Under the pieces are notes generated by a model, which was given only the letters and a program-made list of their open reading frames with translations, did not search any database and was not told where the DNA came from. From Candidatus Sumerlaeales bacterium (GTDB lineage Bacteria > Sumerlaeota > Sumerlaeia > Sumerlaeales > Sumerlaeaceae): a DNA stretch of 64,000 nt. Below are positions 39,508 through 47,597 of the stretch, piece by piece. Each line of letters begins with the position of its first letter. Within the stretch, counting starts at the first letter, position 1. The DNA is taken from assembly GCA_036675025.1 (NCBI GenBank), contig JAKFFN010000101.1, forward strand, positions 3,975 through 67,974. Direction: 5' to 3'. The translations under genes and the position numbers were made by a program.

Positions 39508-40449
39508 ATGAAGCACATCATCATCGCGGTCTTACTGGCGTTTCCTGCAGGACAATCCTGGTCAGGCTCCCTTACTCCGCCTGGTCCTCCTGCACCTACA
39601 ATGAAGCCGCTCGACGACATAGAACCGCGCCGGCCCATTCGACTAGCTGATCTCCCCTTGTCGATAAACAGTTCGGGCAGCTTCTACCTGGCAGAAAACA
39701 TTAACTTTGCTACCCCCGGAGTAGTTGCCATATCTGTAAACGCTCCGGTTGTTACTATTGATCTGAATGGGTTTACCTTGAGCGGCCCGGGATCAAACAC
39801 TGGTGCAAGTGGCTTCGGCATCTCCGTAAATGCAGCCGACAAGCTCGTGGTTAAAAACGGTACCATTCAAAACTGGCGTGGAAATGCCATCTTCGCTTTT
39901 CCCGCCCTGGACTGCACAATTGACAACGTCACGGTTCAGCGGAATGGGCAGCACGGTATCTTTCTTACGACGGGGACGATAACAAACTCTACGGTTATCC
40001 GCAATGGTGACAATGGAATCTTGCAGGTTAATGGCAGCGCCATAGTCAAAAACAGCATCTGCTCTGATAACAGGCTTACCGGGATATCCTCTTCCAAAGG
40101 GAACATAATCATAGAGGATAACATCTGCAATGGCAATGGAGCAGGCGGCATCCTGGCTTCAGAGGCAAGCGGACGCATAATTGGCAATACCTGCACAGGC
40201 AACAATGACGGCCTACTGCTAGAAGGTTCTCAAAGCTATGTTGATGGTAACAGCGTCTATAATAATACCATGAACGGAATACGAAGCTATACGTTTATCT
40301 TCAAAGATGATCACTCCGTTGCCGTGAGAAACACAGCAGCAGGAAACGGCACAAACTACTCCTTCTCAACAACAACCAAATCTGGTCCTATCGTGACCAC
40401 CAACGGTGTTATCAGCAGTACAAATCCCTGGGCAAACTTTGTCCACTAA
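39508..40449 (+). CDS. secreted right-handed parallel beta-helix repeat protein (pectin-lyase fold, NosD-like PbH1 repeats)
   Basis: ATG after AAAAGGAG. Signal MKHIIIAVLLAFPAGQSWSGS. Repeated GNxCxGN/NGxxG turns (NICNGNGAGGIL, GNTCTGNNDGLLLEG). Confidence 0.75.
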   Translation: MKHIIIAVLLAFPAGQSWSGSLTPPGPPAPTMKPLDDIEPRRPIRLADLPLSINSSGSFYLAENINFATPGVVAISVNAPVVTIDLNGFTLSGPGSNTGASGFGISVNAADKLVVKNGTIQNWRGNAIFAFPALDCTIDNVTVQRNGQHGIFLTTGTITNSTVIRNGDNGILQVNGSAIVKNSICSDNRLTGISSSKGNIIIEDNICNGNGAGGILASEASGRIIGNTCTGNNDGLLLEGSQSYVDGNSVYNNTMNGIRSYTFIFKDDHSVAVRNTAAGNGTNYSFSTTTKSGPIVTTNGVISSTNPWANFVH

Positions 40450-40463
40450 AGAGGGTATCTGGA

Positions 40464-41003
40464 ATGAAACCGTCCACCCTTTTGGCAAGCCTGTCTTTCA
40501 CAGTCTTATTTCCATTACTCACCACAACTGCGGCATACGCCACTACCAACATCGATCCGGCATTTGTCGGCAAGAAGTTTGGCTGGAGCGAAAACGGCGG
40601 GTGGACGAATCTACAGGGCGACCTCGCCAATGGTGTGCATGTGGGCCTGGCGCACCTACAAGGCTTCGCGTGGCATGAGAACTTTGGCTGGATCAATTTC
40701 GGCAGTGGTAACCTGGCAGAAGAACAGCAGTACACGAATGCTACGCGCGATGACTTCGGGGTCAACATTGACACTGAGGGCAAGCTCTTCGGCTTTGCCT
40801 GGGGTGAAAACATCGGCTGGATATCTTTCGATACTCTCGCCGCAAGCGGAGCCCGGGTGTCTATAGTTTCCGCTACTGGCCGCTTCACCGGTCATGCCTG
40901 GTCGGAAAATGTAGGCTGGATTTCGTTCGATACAGTTGATCCTCTCCATGTTGCCCATACCCTCAGCGATACTGCCGCGAACGACTGGAACCTGTTCGAG
41001 TAG
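40464..41003 (+). CDS. secreted Trp-rich repeat protein (4 x G[FH]AWxENxGWIxF repeats), family unknown
   Basis: Signal peptide. Four tandem ~30-aa repeats (FGWSENGGWTNL, GFAWHENFGWINFG, GFAWGENIGWISFD, GHAWSENVGWISFD). Only 14 nt downstream of the beta-helix gene. Confidence 0.6.
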   Translation: MKPSTLLASLSFTVLFPLLTTTAAYATTNIDPAFVGKKFGWSENGGWTNLQGDLANGVHVGLAHLQGFAWHENFGWINFGSGNLAEEQQYTNATRDDFGVNIDTEGKLFGFAWGENIGWISFDTLAASGARVSIVSATGRFTGHAWSENVGWISFDTVDPLHVAHTLSDTAANDWNLFE

Positions 41004-41377
41004 AAGCTGGCCACACCTTAAAATAAGGGGACATCCAAGATAAGTATTAATGGTTAGGAGACAAGGAGATCTCCTACGGCGTAAGGTTGTGACTCCCCCC
41101 CCCCGTTAAATTTGTTCCCGATCTACCAAGTTGTGATTGGCTTTTTGTCTTCTGGTCTTAGTGGTGACAAGCTGACAGGCTTGCAGCCAGACAGGAAACT
41201 TAAATCTCCGCCGTACCCGCTTCTGTCAGCCCGGTCGGAAAATTCCTCATTGCCAAGGTGGACGACATTAACCTCTCCGGTGATCCAAACCCGTCAGACA
41301 ACGTGCTGGTTTCGGGCCGTTGTCTTAAGACGACCTGTCAAGCAAACCCTCACAATGCAAAGGCAGTACGGTTGAAA

Positions 41378-41665
41378 GCGACAACTAGGATAGCCCAAAT
41401 CAAAGTAACCGATCCGCCAGGATCGAACACCGCCGCCTTGGGTAGACGCCACCCTTCCGCCCCTGTCGCGAAGCGACAACTAAGATAGCCCAGGACAAGG
41501 TGAACGATCCGCCAGGATCGGACGCCGCCGTCCTGGGTAGACGCCACCCTTCCGCCCCCTGTCGCGAAGCGACAACTAAGATAGCCCAGGACAAGGTGAA
41601 CGATCCGCCAGGATCGGACGCCGCCGTCCTGGGTAGACGCCTCCTCCCGCCCCAGCCCCGGCAGG
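41378..41665. repeat. three tandem copies of a ~97-bp unit with nested inverted repeats (candidate structured RNA or REP-like element)
   Basis: Unit GCGACAactaagatagCCCAGGACaaggtgaacgatccgccaggatcggacgccgccGTCCTGGGtagacgccacccttccgcccccTGTCGCgaa. Copies B and C are identical for 73 nt and copy A is ~85% identical. Ends with a GCCCC-ggca-GGGGC hairpin. Confidence 0.75.
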
Positions 41666-41728
41666 GGCGATACCCATTCTTCCGCCAACACATAATCATC
41701 TTAGCCTCAAAATTCTCATTGCACAAGC

Positions 41729-43168
41729 GTGTCAGACCTAAAACTATGGTCGTCTTACCATTGTGTAATCTGGACTCTTTGCGTGGCTGAAAAAATCTCC
41801 ACATCCATTCCCGGCTTCATAGACCTGCTTCTGGATGCCGTCTGTATCGTAGACGAAGAAGGCCGATATGTCTACGTCAGTGCGGCCTACGAGCAGATTT
41901 TTGGTTACACGCCCGAGGAAATCATTGGCCGCAGGATGATCGATCTGGTGGCGCCGGAAGACCGCGAACGAACATTGGCTGCCGCCAATAACGTAATGGC
42001 TGGCAATTCCCATCTCCATTTTGAAAACCGTTACATCCGGAAAGACGGCCGCGTCGTCAACATCATGTGGTCAGCCCGCTGGTCCCAGGCAGACCGCCTT
42101 CGCATAGCTGTCGCGCGGGACATCACCGACCTTAAACACGCGGAGGCATTACAGTCTGCCACCTACGCCATTTCCGAAGCCGCACACACGGCCGAAGATC
42201 TTCCCGCGCTTTTCAAACAGGTCCAGGCAGTTCTCGCCCGTCTTCTCCCGGCTGACAACTTTGCTGTCGGGTTACTCGACGAAACCACCGGTAACCTCTC
42301 TCTCAAACACCTCGACACTAACAGTTTCCCGGCAGCGTATGCCGACATCGCCGCTTGTCGTACCCTATGCACATACGTAGCAGAAACCCACCTTCCGCTG
42401 CTTCTGACCCCACACGATAAAGATCACCCCATGTACCCGCTCCTGTCGCACCACGGCGAAGCGTGCTGGCTTGGCGTCCCACTTACGACCCACAACAAGA
42501 CTATTGGCGCCCTTGGCCTGATGAGCATTTCGGGAGACTGTCATTATACCGCCCGGCACAGAGACCTGCTCCAGTACGTGAGCACCCAGGTAGCCACCGC
42601 TATAGAACGCAAACAGCTTCACGAGCGGCTGCAATATCTTGCCCAGTATGATTCGCTTACAGGCCTTCCCAACCGGGCACTTCTGCATGATCGCCTGGAC
42701 CACGCCCTGGCTCTCGCCCGCAGGAATCACGGGAAACTGGCAGTTCTGTTTGTTGATCTGGATCAATTTAAATCTGTAAACGATCAGCTTGGCCATGCCG
42801 AAGGCGATGCGCTTTTGCAGGAAATTGCTTTGCGCCTGAAAAAGTGCGTCCGCGAATCTGACACCGTCGCACGCCTTAGCGGTGACGAATTTGTCATTAT
42901 ACTTGAGAGCCTGAAGGCGACCTCCATTTCTGACGATGCCGGTTCCAGTTCCACTGTTGGGGCTAATAAAATCATCTCGAAACTCAAAACATCAATCAAT
43001 GAACCCATCGTACTAGGCAGTCACACCATCAAGATGACGGCAAGTATCGGCCTGGCCCGGTTCCCCGAACATGGCGATACTCCAAATCAACTGCTAAAGC
43101 ACGCCGACAAGGCCATGTACCAGGCAAAGCGGCAACACCGGATTATCTACTCCGATCCGATTCATTAA
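41729..43168 (+). CDS. PAS-GAF-GGDEF diguanylate cyclase-like protein (SGDEF active-site variant)
   Basis: PAS (VCIVDEEGRYVYVSAAYEQIFGYTPEEIIGRRMIDLV). GGDEF domain with RLSGDEF in place of GG[DE]EF. Start uncertain. Confidence 0.8.
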   Translation: MSDLKLWSSYHCVIWTLCVAEKISTSIPGFIDLLLDAVCIVDEEGRYVYVSAAYEQIFGYTPEEIIGRRMIDLVAPEDRERTLAAANNVMAGNSHLHFENRYIRKDGRVVNIMWSARWSQADRLRIAVARDITDLKHAEALQSATYAISEAAHTAEDLPALFKQVQAVLARLLPADNFAVGLLDETTGNLSLKHLDTNSFPAAYADIAACRTLCTYVAETHLPLLLTPHDKDHPMYPLLSHHGEACWLGVPLTTHNKTIGALGLMSISGDCHYTARHRDLLQYVSTQVATAIERKQLHERLQYLAQYDSLTGLPNRALLHDRLDHALALARRNHGKLAVLFVDLDQFKSVNDQLGHAEGDALLQEIALRLKKCVRESDTVARLSGDEFVIILESLKATSISDDAGSSSTVGANKIISKLKTSINEPIVLGSHTIKMTASIGLARFPEHGDTPNQLLKHADKAMYQAKRQHRIIYSDPIH

Positions 43169-43176
43169 CCCACGCT

Positions 43177-43880
43177 TCTTCAGGCAACAAAAGCCCTCCC
43201 CGAAAACACACCCTTAGCCACCCCTTCCCAGGCAACAAAAGCCCCCCGAAAACACACCCTTATGGAGTGCTGGTGGCTTGCCACCGCTATGGAAAACCTG
43301 CCACCACGCGACACTGCGAAACCACCCGCCACCCCAGCAAGGCGCAATGCGCGCCCTGCGTCTGTCCTAAAAGGAACCAACCCATAACCGCCCCAGAAGA
43401 ACATACATGTTCGCCGTTCCCGAAGGAAACCAACCCATAATAGCCCCGGGTGAAACGGAAGGACCTCCGTTCCCGAAGGGAACCAACCCATAATAGCCCC
43501 GGGTGAAACCCGGGGTTTCGGATACCCCATAAACTGACTCCGAAGGAGTCCAACACTAAAGCGCCAAAAAGAAGTTTAACCCATCCCGACTTGTCCGACT
43601 TTTACACGCCTCCGCCCCCCGAAAACACACCCTTATGGAGTGCTGGTGGCTTGCCACCGCTATGGAAAACCTGCCACCACGCGACACTGCGAAACCACCC
43701 GCCACCCCAGCGAGGCGCAATGCGCGCCCTGCGTCTGTCCTAAAGGAACCAAACCATAACCGCCATAGAAGAACATACATGTTCGCCATTCCCGAAGGGA
43801 ACCAAACCATAATAGCCCCGGGTGAAACCCGGGTTTCGGATATCCCATAACCTGACTCCGAAGGAGTCGAACACAAACCG
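43177..43880. repeat. nested macro-repeat: two ~270-320-bp direct copies (period ~371 bp, ~95% identical) with internal ~50-bp sub-repeats and conserved hairpins
   Basis: CCCCGAAAACACACCCTTA occurs 3 times. ttcccgaagg(g)aaccaa(c/a)ccataatagccccgggtgaaac occurs 3 times. Hairpins CCCCGGG-tgaaa-CCCGGGG+TTTCGG and GACTCC-gaa-GGAGTC are conserved in both copies. Confidence 0.8.
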
Positions 43881-44133
43881 CGATTATTCCAGGAACCGTT
43901 GGTCTCATTCGATGCCAACGCTATCCGGTGACGCGCAACGCCTGTACCTTTGCCGAGCGTCGCTATGGCAATCCAGAATCTGTTTTTGCGCCTTTTGTGC
44001 TTTTTTGCGGCTAAGATTAAGGGTCGTTAAGCGTCCCTAAGGGTCATTGCGGGAATTCCCCTGGCGGTTTCGTCATGCTCAAATGCGTGCATTCGTTAAA
44101 AAACCGTACCAGCCAAAAGGAGAAACGCCCGCC

Positions 44134-45402
44134 ATGCTCACCTTGCACCCCATTTCCGCCAGGCACTTCGATAGTTATGTACTTAATACATCGACCCGCC
44201 GACTTGATGTTGTTAGACTTACGGAATTAACCTCAAGTTTTTTTCGCCCCTGTGGAAAACTTAAAAAACTTTTTTCGAAATTAAATCGCGTTCTTACAAA
44301 CGTAACCACTGTAAAATCAACGCTGGAACCCGTTATAAATCCGTTTTGGCCCACATTCGCAACACTAACAAAATCAACGCTGAAGGCCGTCAAAAATCCG
44401 AATAATTCTTACAAAGCATATTTCAAAGATTTTCCACAACTTCCACAACTTCCCATTGATTGCTCTGCCATCGTAAAGGTCTATAGCTCGGTGCATCAGC
44501 CAAACTTCCATAGCTTCTGCTGGCGACAGGATCATCTCCGATTTGAACTCCAATCCGACGATCCTGCCGTAGTCTCCCGCGTCCGCGAAGTTTTACGCTT
44601 CTGGAACGCCGAAGCACCACCCGTGTCGGGAGACGAAACACAGTCCTTGCGTCCATCCCTGGTATCCACTGTAACTCTTGCCTCCGATGGCTATCACTTT
44701 ACCGGAAGCCAGGCAACGGAACCTGTTAAGCTGAAAGACATTGCCGCCGTAATCCGGGCCGCTGAGACCGATGCCGCCATTGCAATTCTTAACCAGACTG
44801 ATCACTTTCTCACAGTCCACGGCGCCCTGCTCGCGCGGGATGATGATGCGGTTTTAGTTGTCGGTCCGTCCCAGTCTGGCAAGTCTACCACCTCCTGCGC
44901 TCTTTGGGCCGCCGGCTGGCAGCTGCTGGCGGATGACGTTACGATCCTTCACCCGACCGATGCCACCGCCTCTCCCCTGCTGCGCCGCGTAAGTCTGCGC
45001 CACCCGAGCCGCCAGCTTCTCGGCGATGCGTTCTGGCAGCGCATGACGGCAGCAAGCACCTGCGACCCGACCCCGGAAGGTTACGTGTTCCACCCCGATG
45101 AGATCGAGGGAATATCCCGCGCCCGCAGCGCGCGCCTGCGTGCCATCATATTCCTGCGTCGCCTGGGGGCCAATGATCCCGGACCGGGCCGCCTCTTACC
45201 TGTTATTGAAGCGCAGGCGCTGCTCGCCCTCTCGCCCTACACCAATGTGATCCGCCACGGAGGCATGGGCGAAGCGATGACGCGCCTGGCGCCGCTGCTG
45301 AACCAGGTGCCCTGCTACGATATGGGCCGTGGCTCGCTGCCCGACATGGTGGAAACCATCGAGACCCTGCTTACGCCGGAGGCTGCCTTTGAGCGCCTGT
45401 AG
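44134..45402 (+). CDS. HprK-related P-loop kinase (RiPP/lasso-type tailoring kinase family) with low-GC N-terminal extension
   Basis: VLVVGPSQSGKSTTSCALWAAGWQLLADD resembles the HprK/P Walker-A-to-ADD block. It lacks the HprK RGLG signature. ATG 44134 has AAAAGGAG SD. Alternative GTG start at 44491 gives ~303 aa. The track TTG at 44047 is rejected. Confidence 0.6.
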   Translation: MLTLHPISARHFDSYVLNTSTRRLDVVRLTELTSSFFRPCGKLKKLFSKLNRVLTNVTTVKSTLEPVINPFWPTFATLTKSTLKAVKNPNNSYKAYFKDFPQLPQLPIDCSAIVKVYSSVHQPNFHSFCWRQDHLRFELQSDDPAVVSRVREVLRFWNAEAPPVSGDETQSLRPSLVSTVTLASDGYHFTGSQATEPVKLKDIAAVIRAAETDAAIAILNQTDHFLTVHGALLARDDDAVLVVGPSQSGKSTTSCALWAAGWQLLADDVTILHPTDATASPLLRRVSLRHPSRQLLGDAFWQRMTAASTCDPTPEGYVFHPDEIEGISRARSARLRAIIFLRRLGANDPGPGRLLPVIEAQALLALSPYTNVIRHGGMGEAMTRLAPLLNQVPCYDMGRGSLPDMVETIETLLTPEAAFERL

Positions 45403-45403
45403 C

Positions 45404-47596
45404 ATGACCCGCCCGGCGGTAGCACCCACCATCGCCATTCTCGTGACCCGCCGGTGCAACATGACCTGCAGCCACTGCAGCGTGGAGAGCGCGCCGCGGG
45501 TGAACACACCGGATCCCACCGAAGAAGAACTCTACCGCCTGATCCGCGAATCGGCTGCAGCCGGCGTCCACGCTGTGCAGTTTACCGGCGGCGAACCCAT
45601 GATGCGCCAGAAACTGGTTTTGCAACTCATGGAAAAAGCTCACCGCCTCGGCCTCGCCAGCGGCCTGACCACCAACGGCTTCTGGGGCAAGAACCCGCGC
45701 ACCGCCCGGACGACGCTGCGCCACATGATTCGCCACGGCCTGCAGTACATGACCGTCAGCTATGACCGTTACCATGCGGAGTTCATGGGCCCGCAGCCCA
45801 TCCTGAACATCGCATCCATCGCCCGCGACCTCGGTTTCTTCTTTAACGTGAACGTGACCCGCACGCTCCACGATGAGAACCTGGACGAGTACGCCCGCCT
45901 CTTTGGCAATCTTCCCAATGTGCGCATGCGTCTTTACGATGTGCAGCCCGTCGGACGTGCCCGCAACTTTGATCTGCCAAATCTCCGCGCTGAAACCGAA
46001 GGTTTTTGTAATGCCGCAGCGCAGGCCACCTTCACTGAAGATGGGCGGATGATCGCGTGCAATGGCCCGGCTTATTTTGACTCAGCTGAATCGCCCCGGC
46101 ACATTGGAGACACCCGCAGCGAGTCCGTTGCTGATCTGCTCCGCCGTCACTGGGAAGATCCCATCCTGGATACCATCCGCACCTTTGGCCCTGCCGGCCT
46201 GCGCGATGAACTGAAAAAAGAGGAGCAGTTTGCTCCAGCCTTCGACCGTCGCTTCGCCGGACAGTGCGACCTGTGCCAATGCATTACCACGAACCCGGCA
46301 ATGGTCAGCCACCTGCGCAGCCGCCTGGCTGACACCCGCCACCAGGCCATGCGCGTGGCAAAGTGGAGCCTGATAAATGCCGCCCGCGCCTCCGGCGAAC
46401 TCACCCGCGACCACGCGAATGGACCTGGCATCTGCAGCGTCTTCTATGATAGAACTACCACCGGCCAGTGGCCTGCTCATGCGGAAAAGCTGTTTGGCCG
46501 CGCCGATATCGATTGGGACCATATCGCCCACTACCTGGCCGGGTGTGGCCTGGCTAATGCGCTTTCCACGGCAGCAGGTCAGCAGGAGCTGGCACGCTGG
46601 GCCCCCGGTTATTTTACCGAGACACTACAGAAGCGCGCGATGCGGGATGCTCTGCGGGAACTCAGCCATCGCGAAACATTCGCTAAGCTGCACGAGGCGC
46701 TGAGCGCCCTGAACCTGCGAGGGGTGCTGCTAAAAGGGGCCGCGCTCTACCTGGGTGAGAAGGCCGCAAACATGAACCCGCTGCGCATCCCGGGTGATAT
46801 TGATCTATGGATCGAAAATCCCGCGGCAGCCGCGAAACTGCGCCGTTATCTGATCGAAGATGGCTTCAAGGGCGACCCCGATGCGCCGCGAACCGGACCC
46901 CATCACCTGGCGCCTATTGTCTGGAGAAACTCTCTCGTCGAAATCCATACCGGCGTGATGCCTTCTTTCTGGGGACTGCCGGAAAAGCAGATGTCGGCGG
47001 ATGCCCGGCCACTCCCCGGATGGTCCCCTTTCTTTACGCTTTCGCCGGAAGACATGCTACTCCACGAAGTCATCCACAGCACCACTCACCTGTACAGTTT
47101 CGGCCTGAAGCTGGCGATCGATATTTTCCGGATACAGCGCCTGGTTGCAGGTGACAACTCGCTCTCTGCAGCCATTGATTGGCAGACGGTAATTAGTCGC
47201 GCCAATGCCACCCATTGCCCCATGGCCTTCTGGATTCCGCTGGTGGCGCTCAGCCGCGGCCTGGCAGGCCAGCTGCCGGTTCCGCCAGAAGTGCTGGACC
47301 AGGCTCCGCATGGAGAACGTTTCCGCAGGCTGGGCCTTGTGGCGTATAAACGGCTCTTCACAGCCACCGACGATGCCGATAAGATGAACCCGTTTACTCG
47401 AAACGGCATCTTCCTGATGCTGCACAACGGCACGATCAGTCGCCTGAGGTATTTAGCAGAACTGACGCGCGACGACGCGGCCGAATCGCGCCGCACCCAC
47501 CTGGGCAGCTCCGGCGGCCAGGGTTGGCGCAACCTGAAAACTCACCTGCGCCACGCCTGGCTAGACCTGCGCACCTACCGCCGGGCTATCAAGTAA
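45404..47596 (+). CDS. radical SAM / SPASM-like domain protein fused to PF14907-type nucleotidyltransferase
   Basis: ATG 1 nt after the kinase stop. CNMTCSHC radical-SAM cluster motif. Cys-rich auxiliary region (C-x16-C, CDLCQC). The C-terminal ~350 aa resemble the uncharacterised nucleotidyltransferase family found in lasso-peptide clusters (GDIDLWI..). Confidence 0.75.
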   Translation: MTRPAVAPTIAILVTRRCNMTCSHCSVESAPRVNTPDPTEEELYRLIRESAAAGVHAVQFTGGEPMMRQKLVLQLMEKAHRLGLASGLTTNGFWGKNPRTARTTLRHMIRHGLQYMTVSYDRYHAEFMGPQPILNIASIARDLGFFFNVNVTRTLHDENLDEYARLFGNLPNVRMRLYDVQPVGRARNFDLPNLRAETEGFCNAAAQATFTEDGRMIACNGPAYFDSAESPRHIGDTRSESVADLLRRHWEDPILDTIRTFGPAGLRDELKKEEQFAPAFDRRFAGQCDLCQCITTNPAMVSHLRSRLADTRHQAMRVAKWSLINAARASGELTRDHANGPGICSVFYDRTTTGQWPAHAEKLFGRADIDWDHIAHYLAGCGLANALSTAAGQQELARWAPGYFTETLQKRAMRDALRELSHRETFAKLHEALSALNLRGVLLKGAALYLGEKAANMNPLRIPGDIDLWIENPAAAAKLRRYLIEDGFKGDPDAPRTGPHHLAPIVWRNSLVEIHTGVMPSFWGLPEKQMSADARPLPGWSPFFTLSPEDMLLHEVIHSTTHLYSFGLKLAIDIFRIQRLVAGDNSLSAAIDWQTVISRANATHCPMAFWIPLVALSRGLAGQLPVPPEVLDQAPHGERFRRLGLVAYKRLFTATDDADKMNPFTRNGIFLMLHNGTISRLRYLAELTRDDAAESRRTHLGSSGGQGWRNLKTHLRHAWLDLRTYRRAIK

Positions 47597-47597
47597 C

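Noticed and set aside
41350-41804. Minus-strand ORFs 41350..41691 and 41400..41804 encoding repeated ...ASTQDGGVRSWRIVHLVLGYLSCRFATG...
   Set aside because: They are read-through of the three tandem 97-bp DNA repeats. The internal periodicity comes from the DNA repeat and no start context is present. Treated as a non-coding repeat array.
43180-43918. Minus-strand ORFs 43180..43530, 43287..43556, 43556..43918 and 43660..43908 (repeated FRTDAGRALRLAGVAGGFAVSRGGRFSIAVASHQHSIRVCFRGA), and the + strand 41-aa/71-aa ORF MECWWLATAMENLPPRD...
   Set aside because: All lie inside the nested macro-repeat. The copies differ by frame-shifting indels, so the C-termini are not conserved, and there is no RBS. 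Most likely non-coding. The MECWW peptide was considered as a RiPP precursor candidate but has no support beyond position.
44047-44133. Track start (TTG 44047, MREFPWRFRHAQMRAFVKK...) for the kinase ORF
   Set aside because: A strong AAAAGGAG RBS + ATG lies at 44134 in the same frame, and the preceding 87 nt look like a promoter or 5' leader. The start was moved to 44134. The alternative GTG at 44491 is noted.
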